A stretch of DNA of 60,349 nucleotides, the filler included, from Hausera hauseri (Eukaryota), in assembly GCA_046269625.1 (NCBI GenBank). It is 12 parts of 12 records of this genome, joined end to end, with 100 filler letters (N's around TTAATTAATTAA, not from the genome) between each part and the next. Parts side by side here need not be neighbours in the genome. Positions count along the whole stretch, not along the records: positions 10,476 to 14,512 come from JBJURY010803088.1; positions 14,613 to 18,567 come from JBJURY010860299.1; positions 18,668 to 26,595 come from JBJURY010866519.1; 9 more parts are not named here. One strand, given 5' to 3'. The translations under genes and the position numbers were made by a program. The notes under the pieces are model-generated. The model searched no databases. It saw only the letters and a program-made list of their open reading frames with translations, and was not told the DNA's origin. Of the stretch, positions 13,401 to 25,681 are shown piece after piece (within the stretch, counting starts at the first letter, position 1; every line of letters starts with the position of its first letter).

Positions 13401-14120
13401 GCAATAGCGAAAAGCTGTTGGTCACGTATACGAGTAAGGCGCAGTTTCGGAGGTCAATGCACATTGCCGATGGATTGGTTGAGGTGCTGTTAAACCGGGA
13501 AAAAGTAGTTCTTGACCGGCCAAGTTTCATCGGACAAGTGGTATTTGACATGAGTAAGTTGCGAATGTACTAGTTTTAGTATCGCGACTTGGCACGTTAC
13601 CGGCAAATATTCGACGGCTGTGAAATCAGTATCGTTGCCAGTGACACAGACAGCTTTTTCATTGAGCTGAAAAACGTCAATCGCGACCAACTGCTTCGGC
13701 AAATGACAGAGGATTGACTACTGGACACGTACAACTAACCACCGGATTATCCATTGTACAGCAGCGCGATTACCAACAAAATCGGCTGCTTACAGTATGA
13801 AAGTGAATGTTGCGTCTAGTATCGGAAATTGATATTCCTACGTCCAAAGTGCTACAGTCTTCTGACGGACTCTGGACCGAAAATTCGGGCAAAAGGAGTC
13901 TTGCTGAGACAGATGGAAATCGACCACAGTGATTATCGCCGCACCTATGAAGAATGAGGAGAATGAAAGGTTGTTGTGTCACAAATGATTATACGATCGA
14001 TTGAGCACAAGAAGTACACGTTGGCCGACACAAAAGTCGCTTTATCATGCGATGATGATAAGCGTAAGTGGGTGAGGCGAAATAAGAGTGTGGCTTACAG
14101 ACATTGGCATTTGAAATAAA
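10476..14120 (+). pseudogene. Near full-length decayed Polinton/adintovirus pPolB with an endonuclease VII/HNH-like insertion
   Basis: Motifs GSGW, VVNVKN..DEYCFLYSILA, DHDHFTGRYLGAACNSCNL, FLDSLQFL, LLYIDISNLY, NLKNNSLYGKTVEN, DTDSFF and DDKRKWV, with many stops and frameshifts. Confidence 0.92.
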
Positions 14121-14612
14121 ACACGCACACGCATGCAGAATTCGGTGCAGACAGACAGAGCAAATTACTGTGACAATTCATTGTGATCTGTTTGTATTGG
14201 ATAAATAACGTATATTGTTCGAAGTTTTCGCCTTTTGTTTTATTATCATTTAATTTATTTATATATATTCATCTATTTAGCTTCGTGTGACGAGACACAA
14301 TATAAAAAATCAATAAAAATTATTAATCGTCATAAGCTAAAATCAAAAACAAAGTAAGTCAAATAAGCGTAAACTTTCCCGGCTTCCATACTGGTGATTT
14401 AACGCCATGCAGATTCTTGTACCCATTCAACTTCAAAAGTATATGACCTTTAGCTCCTTCCCGTGGCAAAACAGCTGTTGCTGCTGCTGTTTCTCTGCCA
14501 TGTACACTGACANNNNNNNNNNNNNNNNNNNNNNNNNNNNNNNNNNNNNNNNNNNNTTAATTAATTAANNNNNNNNNNNNNNNNNNNNNNNNNNNNNNNN
14601 NNNNNNNNNNNN

Positions 14613-15350
14613 AAGGCTCAAACCATTGCTCAGGCATTTGTAGAAGAAATTGTGTTTAATTATGGAGCTCCTACTAAACTATTAACAGATCAGGCTCCGA
14701 ATTTTACAAGAGAAGTAATGGCGGAGATTTCAAAGATATTCCATATATTACAGTTGAAAACTACTCCATACCACCCACAAACAAATGGAACAGTAGAAAG
14801 ATTCAACGGAACCTTAACCAACATGCTTGCAACTATGGTTAACGAACGACAAGATGACTGGGATGAATACATTAAACCATGTTTATTCGCCATAAGGAAT
14901 ACAATCCATCCTGCGACAAAAGAAACTCCGTTCTATTTAATGTATCTTAGAGATACGCATATGCCAGTTGATATAGACTTTAAAATGCCCGTGTACCATC
15001 TAAAGGACATGGAGTATAGAGAGTTACTAGAAGAAAAACTTGGGTACGTGTGGAACCTAGCTTTACGACACATAAAAATATGTCAAAAAGAGTATAAAAA
15101 TAGATATGACAAGAAAGCTAAGTCCCACAGTTTTAAACCTGGAGACAAAGTTATGTTACATACACCGTTGAGTAAGAAAGGCAGAACACCAAAGTTAGAC
15201 AGACCATACAAAGGTCCATATATGATCCAAAAAGTAGATGAAACAAACATCTACTTAAATAAAAACAGAAGAAATAAAATAGACCCAATAAAAGTGCACG
15301 TAAACAGATGTAAGCCGGCACCAATAGGGTCAAGGATTAGGAGTGAAAAC
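14613..15350 (+). CDS. Ty3/gypsy integrase core and C-terminal (GPY) domain, 5'-truncated by the contig edge
   Basis: Motifs YGAPTKLLTDQAPNF, TTPYHPQTNGTVERFNGTL, DWDEY, ETPFYLMY, KLDRPYKGPY and VHVNRCKP. Frame is open from 14613. Confidence 0.95.
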
Positions 15351-15353
15351 CCT

Positions 15354-18290
15354 AATTTATTATTGGTAACAACCTTTATGATATTAAGTTTAATTACTTG
15401 TGTATCAACTCAATCTCTGGATGTCAAGTATAAAGCTGTACAAGTGGGAAAATACCCATGTATAAAAATTATAGCTAACCGAAACTTAACAACAGACGAA
15501 TATATACATATATTCATATCGAAGTTACCTATTGTGGAAAAAGCCACACCAGAAAATTGTGATTTGTACCACAATCATTCAATACATATTTGCTGCGGAC
15601 TTTCATTTGGAGAAACGTACAGGATTCAATACGCAACGGAAAAGAGCGATTAGAGCTATAGAACGTATTTCTCATACCCCGGCACTACGCATTATTTTTA
15701 TCGACCCTACTTTCTTATTTTATTCTATTCCAAGATCATAAAAAACGGACCTTGTGTAACCGCGGAACCAGATGTTGTAATTACAGAGTATATAAAATTC
15801 AAGTATATAATATTTGATGGAATTAATAGTATACATTGTGAACCAAATTATCAGAATCCATATATGTGTTGCCCTATTGTTTTTGATAAACAGTATACGA
15901 TATATTACTGGACCACGTATGATGGTTATACATGGTCAAAGACAGCGGATGGTCCAGAAATAATAGTAAAATCCCCGGTAAAAGTAATTTCTACGTCGAA
16001 AATAACCACTTTGGCAACTCAATCAGGTACATTAACTACATCACATAAAATGGTAACCAGTCCTATTACAGAACCTAAGAAGAGTATTAAGGAACTGGAC
16101 ATAATTATTCAATCAACAACTTACTCATTAATTATCACAGTGTCTGACTTAAAGAACACGAATATAAAGTTTGAATGTCACTTCAACCATAAAATTATAA
16201 GCGAAGGAGTTTTAACCCCGGAAGAACCAACATCAGTTTGTATGCCCTTAAAGGCCGACACGAATTATAAAGTTGTTATAACGGAATTAGATGAAGATGG
16301 GCAGACTTTACAAGTTGTTAGAAGAATGGAGAAAACATTAAAACTATTAACGGTTACCACGACGAAAGTTATAAAAACAACCACCACACAAACTTTATTA
16401 GAAATTTCCAATAGATATCTCTGGATGATTATTACTCTAGGAGTCCTTTTAATTTTAATAATCATATTGTTACCAATAATAATTTATTGTAGTAGAGTAA
16501 GACATAGAATGCGCAAGACCAACAAAATTATACAACAACTAAAATTATTGAGGGAAGGACCCCAAGACGAGGATTTAATTGATAATATAAATGCGCCCTT
16601 CCAAGCTGAAAAGCTATCAGAATATGAACGGCGATCTCGACCGTTAACAGATGTTACACTATGTATGTGTACATATATATGTAATAAGGCTGCAAAATTT
16701 TTAGCAACCTACCAAAATAAAGATAATTATAAAAAATCACAGGCTGCAAAACCTTTCGCAACCTATCATAAAATTATTTACAGAAATTTTCCATGGTTAG
16801 TATTGATATCTTTTATTTCAGTCCAAGAAGGAACCGAAACAGCCCAAAGAGCAAAGTCTTTCTATTATAATATCGCCTCCCATCTTAATTCCACTGAACA
16901 AAAAGATTATATGTATTACGGGAAAGCATCCCTAATACCCAATAATCTGAAAGGACACCTTGTCACTCAAAGGGCTGGTCTCATTATTAAACTTCCTAAT
17001 ACGTCTACTAAGTTATCGGATCTAATTGATATCTCAACCAAAACGACTGCGGTCTATATATCAGTCGTAAGAGCCAGTCTACAGTTAAAGAGCAGGGCCC
17101 ACAAAACCAACATTACAGATGTACTCGACGTGGTCCCCTTTTCTACTATTAGGATAGATCAGCGCCTTTACAAAAACGTCACAATCATATTACGGACATT
17201 CGGAGGGCCAAGCCCTATATTATATATCGAAGTCACAAGAAGAGAAAAGATCCCTCACCCAGAATCCGACATACCAATTTTCAATCTTCCTCTTCCGAGT
17301 AAAGACCAGCTAGAAAAAGGATGTTCCTTCTCCAGAACTCCTATAGTTCCAAGAGACCAAATCGTTATTGTCTCCGTAAACGTTGCATACCTAACAAAGG
17401 ATAATCGTTCGGAAGCTACCCTTACAGAAATTACCATCATGGATTTAGATAAAAAAATTATTGTCGATCAACTCGTCGTACCTCGAGAACGTGTAGATAA
17501 TTACAATACCCAGATAACTGGAATACGTGAGTTAGACTTAATCGGCCAAGCCGACCAATACCAAATCTGGCCCACGATCAGACATCAGCTCATAGGAAAA
17601 ATGATTGTAGCGATGGACATATTTAAAATTAACTCTCAAATCGCTCTATTTAACATGGATAGAATAATGGGTATTCGAGATCTGTATTATAATGATCAGA
17701 TAAACCCAGGAAAAGTATTGACCCAGAAACAAATCTACTTGAAATTTAACGATATTAAATATCCAACAAGAACGAAGGACAAAGCGTTAGTCATGCTCAA
17801 TATGTATAATTCCCTCAAAGAATATCAACGTAACAATACAAAAATAAAATATGAATCAACAACTTATGAAGTCTCGAATTTACAATCCATCGACGAAACC
17901 TCTGTAACAACTCTTGAATCAATGGATATCGACGATCTCGTGAACATAACAGAATCAGAACCACAGACAGTAATCGATATCGATCAACATATACAGCCAT
18001 CATCTATCCAATCAGGATCCTCAATAAAAGTAAAACATGAACCTTCGTCAACTATTGTATCCAACAAACCAGTAACTGTTGACCTAACAAAAAACAAGAA
18101 GAGAAAAGTTCCTAAAGATCAAACCATCACCCTCAAACTCAAATTCAAAAGAAAAGGACTATGGCGTCACTATGAATCGTCCAACTATCGTGTGGAAAAT
18201 GGTACCCTAGAAGTTTACCCAGCGATGCTGAGGACAGCATCGACTGAGGGGGGAAATATTGGAACAATTGACATCGATAACAGTCAATAA
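15354..18290 (+). CDS. Env-position cargo fused in frame to integrase: signal peptide, 3 FN3-like domains, Thr-rich linkers, TM helix, and a cytoplasmic region with a REX4/ISG20-like pseudo-exonuclease; one in-frame TAG at 15651-15653
   Basis: Hydrophobic NLLLVTTFMILSLITCVSTQS. FN3 strand-F-like motifs GLSFGETYRIQY, PIVFDKQYTIYY and PLKADTNYKVVI. TM YLWMIITLGVLLILIIILLPIIIYC followed by RVRHRMRK. DEDDh-fold pattern at about 17361-17820. The 70 codons at 15654-15863 are stop-free and in frame with both listed ORFs. Confidence 0.8.
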
Positions 18291-18567
18291 TGACATTATT
18301 ATTTTGTGTCGACTGATCCACGCTCCGTCTAGTGAATTAAATTAACTTGAATCAATCTACACTCATTGATCTGCACTGACTTAATGTCATCTAATATATT
18401 TATGTAACCACAAATTTAACATTATTTATTTTGATCGTATTTGCAATTTTTTTTGTGTCATTAACATTTTTCTATATGTAATCTCATTTTTCTGTTTTTG
18501 CATGGAATTACATACGTCTGAGAAGGGACTATATAAACCCTTGTAATACTGTTGTGATATGACCAAA
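18246..18567 (+). repeat. PPT and 3' LTR (truncated by the contig end)
   Basis: GAGGGGGGAAA at 18246-18256, followed by AT-rich non-coding DNA with TATATAAA near 18530. Confidence 0.65.
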
Positions 18568-21292
18568 NNNNNNNNNNNNNNNNNNNNNNNNNNNNNNNNN
18601 NNNNNNNNNNNTTAATTAATTAANNNNNNNNNNNNNNNNNNNNNNNNNNNNNNNNNNNNNNNNNNNNAATTCTAATCCTATTCCACTGATTTTATAAAAT
18701 ATTTATACAAAATTAAAAATCTCAACGTCACACGAAATGATAGTACTCGAAAGTATAATCGTAATAAAATGAGAAAATTAAATCGTACTACTTCAACTTT
18801 ATATGCTATGTCAATGCGATACTAATATATTGTTCAGTATCATGAAAATCGTTGTTGGCCTTGGCAATTAAACTGATTTAACGACAGCTTTTTACAGTTA
18901 ATGCCTCATTTTATGATAATATTTCGTTGTTTTTAAACAAGCAATGCGGTAGGCAAATCTGTTGTATACAAATCTTCTCGATGAAGAAAAATTCCTATGA
19001 ATTCATCGTTAAATCATCAAACTTAATATTAGCCTGTTTGTGGTAGGTTTTAATTAGTGTACAAAAAGTTGTAAAAGTATGCGACTGGCCAGAACTTCAC
19101 TGGAAATCGCTACGAAAATTACAATTCACATGGAACGATGCGTAGAACTGAATTCTTCAGCCAAAATACTAAATATGGATTTGTGTTTTAGAATTTGTTA
19201 TGTATTTCATTGGAGCTCTCAGTATGAAATATTTTATTTCGCTTCAGTGACAAGTAATTCAAATGTCGTTTAAGATATAGATAGTTTAACGATCACCGGC
19301 AACCTTAAGCAAAATACAAATATTACGGCTGAAGATGATAGTATAGCTTATTTCAACCATATCCAGACCATTTATGGTAGTGGTTATCAACTTTTTTTAG
19401 GGCGCGACCCCCTTTGTCTGCCAATTATTTTTCGGTGACTCTACCTACTTTTTATATAAAAACAAATGAATAAATTCAAAATCGAAGGATGACTTCGTAT
19501 TTTGCACTGTATTATATGTAAGCAAACATTAAATATCACAACTATTAATTTAAACGAATTGTTAATGAAGCAAAATAAGTCATTAATAACAAATATTTGT
19601 AAAAAATATTTAATTTACCAACACTCTGTAGGGTCTTTTCATGAAAACCAAAGTTTATTTACTCTTCTCAATCCCCAGATATAGCTGCCGCGATCTCCAA
19701 TTTTTATTCTGTATAGTTTTCTCTACTGTTATGATGCATTCATTTCAATTGTTATTTTTTACCAAAACGCATTATTTTTAAACAAAAGACTTGCGAGGTT
19801 GAAAAAGGCAAATCAACTAAAAGAGTGGATAATATTTGATGCATTTGTATTACTACTCATTAATGTTTTAATACTCGTGTATAACTGAAATAGAAAACAA
19901 TAATTTTTAATTACTTTGTATAATGGAACAAAGAGTTTGTTTCAAAACTTGAGTTATAAAAATAATAATTCCATCATAAGTCAAATACGAGTTTTGATTA
20001 AATAATTCGTCTTTCTCATGAATAATAAAACGAATTCATGAAATTGTACAAAACTCCCCTAAATAAAAATCAAACAAATTTAAATTGACCGAAAATATAG
20101 ATGTATAAAAAATACTACCACAAAGTAAACTGTTGTGCCGACAGTCACTTAAGGTTGATGATTCACTAATAGTACACATGGCTGACAAGATATTAGAATA
20201 AAGTACAGCTAGTGGTGACTTGAGCAAATGTGCTGTTTATGAAAGGAAACTGTCAGATTTTAAATTGCGCTTTTGGTAATGTTGATGCAAATATATTATT
20301 TAAATCAGGTTTTTGATTTTAACAGAAAGTTCGTTTTGATACGAATGATTCCATGAGATTACTCTCGACACTAGATTTTTCGGAAGGCTTCGTTAAATAT
20401 CTAGTGTGAAGAAGTTAATAGATGGTAATCAATTGACGATATATGAGGTGAATATGAGAGATGGAACAAAAATTATTAATCTAAATTTCAGACCGTTGTC
20501 TAGGTCTTGTACCCCGGATATTAAATCATTTTCATCTGAAATTATTCTTTTCAAGTGAAACAAATATTCCTCTTACTCTATACTTGGAAGAGATTGAGGA
20601 ATTCAATGATTTAATTGCGATGAAAAATGATTTTCAACCCAACCACCTAATTTACTTAATTTCGTCCTCTGGTGAACATTTTCCTAAACGGAATACAAAA
20701 GTGAATTAAGTTACTCTGATGGTTCCTCGGCGATCTGACGAGAATCAGCGTGATTCATAATGATGTATAATTAAGTAATAATTTTCTCCTTGGTAATAAG
20801 AACTAACGGTAAAACATCTCAGTTTTTGCTTTAATTTGATCGAATTTGAGCCGATGCATTTAACTACTACTTTTAACTAACTTTCCGGAGGAGTGTATTC
20901 ATTTTCACCACTAATGTTTATTCTGTGGAAAAGTAATCCGCAACAGACAGTTTAATCTTTTTTACCATTCAAGAGCGTTGCCTGGTAAAAGTTGTACTCG
21001 TCCAATTCTACATCATCATAGGGCTCTGTATGCAAGAGCTTACAACTGCTGTCAACATGCTGGTATCTGCATTTTTACCAAAATTTATAATTCTGTCGTT
21101 ATAAAAATTACAAATGGTAAAACTCGTAAGAGACGAGGTGTTTTTTAAAACATATATCCTTGTATGACCTAACTTTATATGCTGTCATGAAAGTGGCCTT
21201 ATAACGGAGGTCGTTATAACAAAACCCTAAATGAAATACAATAAAATAATCAATTTAATGATTATTAATTAACATAAATCATACAAGAATTA

Positions 21293-21470
21293 CCTGTAAG
21301 CTAATTAATAGACTGTGACAGCTTTCCTTAATATCATCATATGGAGACGTAACTAACAGCCGTAATAGATCGGGAAGAATCTGCTCAAATAAATAATGTA
21401 ATGAGGTGTTGTAACTGGAATACGAATCACTTGAGCTGTAAACAACGGATAAGTTACAAATATTCATATG
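21293..21470 (-). CDS. Possible sestrin-like N-terminal exon
   Basis: ILPDLLRLLVTSPYDDIKESCHSLL resembles LP..LRLS..CPF.DVRE.C..LL and ends at a CAG|GTAAT donor. Downstream exons could not be phased. Confidence 0.35.
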
Positions 21471-23554
21471 AGTAACGAAACGAATTGTTATTTAACTGAA
21501 TACAATGATTTTGAACCGTTTCATTTTAGCATCTGAGACTAATGTTGAACCAGTGGCCATTTAAGAATGTCCAGTATTTTAGTTTGATAAACATGCACAA
21601 CATAATCGTTATTAACCAACATGGAAGCCTTGTGTACTAATCAAAAGATAACTACTGTGTGCATGAATGGATTCCAAGAGTCATTTTTAAAGGTGTTCTT
21701 CCACATAAACATATCTCGTCATTATTGAAAAAGAAAGCATTGCTATGCTTGACGCATGGGTAATTTGATATTTGAGTTGTTATCCTGATAAGAGTGCTTA
21801 TATTTAGAGCAAACTTCGCCTTGAATCTTTGGAACATAAAAGTACTGACCTTATCGGTCTTGCTTGGGATGCTTAATTAGATTATATGACTTAAGGCCAC
21901 ATTTGAAATTTTTTCCAGTCGATGACATTTCAGAGACAACTTGTTAAAATTTAATTAGCCAATAGTTCTTATTGGTAAATTTTTTTCGCTAACTTCGAAA
22001 TAATTATGAAATTTTCAACCTTTAAGATCAACATTTGATGTACAGATATATAAAATTTTCCTGTGAACCAACATAAAGTTCTTTATTTGAAAATTTTAGA
22101 ATGTATAATATAATTTATTAAAACGCAACACTGAAATAGTCTGTAGGGCCATAACATAAAATGTACTGAAAAGTCGGTCACAAGGAATTATTCGTTGGAT
22201 AAATTATAAACAGTCCACCAATTTCGTTCATAAAAACATTATCACAATGTTGAGAATTAAACCACTATAATTTCATTTAAATTTTTAATTGATCACACAT
22301 GTTAGAGGGTATATGCAAAACACACCCTTTGTATATCCTTTAGCGTTTTTGTATTACGCGTTGGGTTCATTAATGCTATGCTTAGCATTGACCAATTCAG
22401 TTATGCTTTTTTTCACGGTATTTAACGTTAATAAACATCCCCCGGTAAAGGATGATGTACATTCATTGCCTTCACATATAATTTTGTTGTAATATGGTTT
22501 AGCAATAGGTTAATAGCATTAGGCAAACGAAATATTAACCCTGTGATGGTTAATGCATAAGTGCCGTATGGTCTAGACTTCATTTTTTCTATGACCATTT
22601 TGTACCCAAAAATAGCTTATTTTCTCTGCACCATTTTCTACCACCTTTTCTAACCGTTACTTAGAATAGCAACATTTTCTTAATAGAAAATGTCACCAAA
22701 AATAGATTCTCTCTTACCGATACTTTTAATAGAAACATTTTATTCATAGAAAATGTTACCGAAAATAGTTCTTCAGGTAATCACTGTATTCTTTCTTACC
22801 TTTTTCTTCTTCAATTGTTCTACCCTCAATTTGTGCCCAAAAATAGACCAAGTTCAGCTATAAATACTGAACTAAAACTTGGTATTCTCGATCATTATTT
22901 TTCGGAAGAAAAGCCATGTAGTTTTTGAAGCCATAAAGTTTAGGACAGCCGTTATCTTCTGAACATCTTATCATTCCATTTTCAATTATTATCCTAGTTT
23001 GTAGATTGATTGGCTAACTAATCCTACAAACTTTGATTTCGTTTTATTTGGTTCGGAAAGCAGTCGACAGTTTTGTAAGTCTTATTTTATTTGTGTCGTC
23101 AAGGTTTCAATATATTTGTTATACTTTGTTATTTGTTTTCTAAATAACATTTGTGAACTGCGATTAGCAGAAAATCGGAGATAAGTAAACAATTTCTTAT
23201 TCCACATACATTTCACAAAATTTTGACATAAAATTAACTTTGTTTAACCCTCAGAAAGGTTTTATTTGTTTGCTAGCTAACTTCGAACATATTCGTAGAA
23301 ATACATCTTGCTTTTGGCTAATTGGATCTAGCACGCAAAACAATTTTACGTTTGCGTTTACTTGATATAAACAGAGTTGCGTGGAACTCGGTAACAATCG
23401 CAAATAATTCAGCTGAGTGACTCCTTCATGGTATCCCTGACGCCCCGTAATAGCCTCAATAAATCAATGAAAGAAGGATTATAAAATTGTGAAGATCAAC
23501 GCAATTAAAAAAATGAAAACATATATTGATTATACAATTTTTTTGTGAATTTTC

Positions 23555-25171
23555 CTAATCACAGTGATTCTTAATCTTATTTAAAAACGATACCAATTTT
23601 TTCTTCGTCTGTTCATCAAAACATTTGCTACGTTTAGCCAAATCTAATTTTTCGCTTATTAAACTTTTCATATGTTTTTTTATACCTGATATATTTTTCT
23701 GAAATTCTTCAATGGCTCTATTGTTTGTTTTAATGTCATTTCCTTCGATTTCTAGAAACGTTTTAAGTCGTAGAAATGCTTGTAAATGACTGATAAACAA
23801 ACGGCATAGTTTTTCAAGAATCTCCAAAAATTCATAAAGCACATACAGAGTAACCGATGAGTCATCCGGTAAATTGTTCAACAAATTTGTGTAACTTACA
23901 CTGTTCCTGTGGATCAGAAGTATTATATTCTGTCTATAAAGGACCAACTGCTGATCATTCAGTTCACTGATACGGGACGGGATATTCAACTTCTCGAAAT
24001 CAACACAAATCAGTTGAGACTTGGTCATCAATCTTTTTTTCCATCGTCCAATTATCGTATCCAAATCCTTTCTCAGAAATTTTCCCACCTTTCTCAGTTC
24101 CTTCATTGAACTGCAAAGTTCATCGGTGAAATAAACAAAGATATCTTCATAAATTTTCGCCGTATCATCTGCTGCTAATATCATACGTTCACCTGTTGTC
24201 TCGTCATACGAGAAATGAGTGTTGAACGGACATCGGCAGTTGTTGTAGAACATGATTTGTCGACACGATCTACATAATCGGTGCATGTAGCAATTCGGGA
24301 AGATGAATGGATCATTACTCGACAAAGGAATAACACACACAATACACTGATCTGGTGATGAGTTCAAATATTGTGAAATATTATCGAACTTATTCGAATA
24401 GCTGAGCAGAATGTGTCGAATACCAAATATATCATTTTCAATGAACATGATCTCTTTGTGAATTTCATCGTTCGATAGAATATGTTTATTAACAAGGTCA
24501 TGTATTGGACCAGGATCATGAGTTCCGGAAAATAGTTTGTCTAATTGATTCAACATAAATTTGATATTATTAATTTTACTATTGAACATTATGAGAACGT
24601 CTGCCAGCTGCTGCAATTGTTTGATGAGATGCAAATTAAATAGATAGCTCGCTTTTCGATAATCAAAATGTTCATGGAGACTCGAAAAATGCCCATTCAG
24701 ATCGTCAATATCGTCAGAAATTTTAGCCAAAGACAGGAATTCCTCGTTACCATTCTGTAGTAATTGATCAAGGATATTTTTGAACGTGTTTATTTCGTCT
24801 TCATTTGTCAAATAATCGGGACTGTTGTTCTGTAAAATGTCCTTTAGCATTCTATACGACTTCATCAGCGTTTCCAAATAGCTAAGTTCGATTTGAAAAT
24901 ATCCGACAAGGAAATTTTCACAGGATTCTGTCACCGATATTTTAATGTATTCCTTGTAATTCATCGTTTCCGTAATGGTCAGATCTGTTGAGTAGATCTT
25001 TATCGATTTTGAAATTAGTCGATCCAATGGGCAAATGTAACTTGTCTCATTCCACTTTTTGAAACACTCATAGCAATAGACATGACAACATGGCTCTAAT
25101 TTTACCCTATCTTCAGATAAACTGTAGCAGAAGACACATTCATCCACTGCATTTTGTTCCATATTTTGCAA
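23555..25171 (-). CDS. Intronless protein with two RING-type zinc fingers, each followed by a long helical region (probable E3 ligase)
   Basis: RING1 CVFC..PCCHVYCYEC..CPLDR; RING2 (degenerate) CIVC..NCYMHRLCRSC..CPFN. Uninterrupted 538-codon ORF. Confidence 0.8.
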   Translation of the reverse strand: MQNMEQNAVDECVFCYSLSEDRVKLEPCCHVYCYECFKKWNETSYICPLDRLISKSIKIYSTDLTITETMNYKEYIKISVTESCENFLVGYFQIELSYLETLMKSYRMLKDILQNNSPDYLTNEDEINTFKNILDQLLQNGNEEFLSLAKISDDIDDLNGHFSSLHEHFDYRKASYLFNLHLIKQLQQLADVLIMFNSKINNIKFMLNQLDKLFSGTHDPGPIHDLVNKHILSNDEIHKEIMFIENDIFGIRHILLSYSNKFDNISQYLNSSPDQCIVCVIPLSSNDPFIFPNCYMHRLCRSCRQIMFYNNCRCPFNTHFSYDETTGERMILAADDTAKIYEDIFVYFTDELCSSMKELRKVGKFLRKDLDTIIGRWKKRLMTKSQLICVDFEKLNIPSRISELNDQQLVLYRQNIILLIHRNSVSYTNLLNNLPDDSSVTLYVLYEFLEILEKLCRLFISHLQAFLRLKTFLEIEGNDIKTNNRAIEEFQKNISGIKKHMKSLISEKLDLAKRSKCFDEQTKKKLVSFLNKIKNHCD

Positions 25172-25681
25172 ATGATAAATACCGATAACATTTTAGCTAA
25201 TATACGGAAAAATATTACATAATGGAATATTACGTATTATAAAATATTTACATAATATAAATTTCCGCTTTATTATTTTCGCATAAACTTCATTTCTTTT
25301 CCTCTTTAATTATTCGTTTTCAATCTAACTTTATTTGTCATTCATTCCGTTGTCAGAATTCATTAGCAACGTATACTGGATACAGAATTTCATTTTGAGT
25401 AAAGTCCAAATAACGCAACTGCAGCATTCACATGTAGAAATGTGGCCATAAACTTGAACAATTGTTCATTCACCCCCTCCCCATATGCACACAAATTTTG
25501 AATTTCCATAAACTTTCCGCTAATTTTATTCATTCGAATTATCGAATTAATATTCCATATCCAATATGTAGGGTCATCGATTTTTTTACGCGGCAAGGTT
25601 TTTCGATTTCCGCGGCATATAAGCAATTTTATAAGGGTTTCCGCGGCGCGAAGTAAATCATAGATTTTAGAAGAAAAAACA

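Noticed and set aside
15864-18290. Classical retroviral or errantivirus fusogenic Env
   Set aside because: No evident furin site plus fusion peptide, the TM lies early with a very long cytoplasmic tail, and the ectodomain looks FN3/mucin-like.
19375-19450. hAT/Charlie-like MITE end (TAGTGGTTATCAAC..CGCGACCCC)
   Set aside because: No matching second terminus was found, so it is too weak to annotate.
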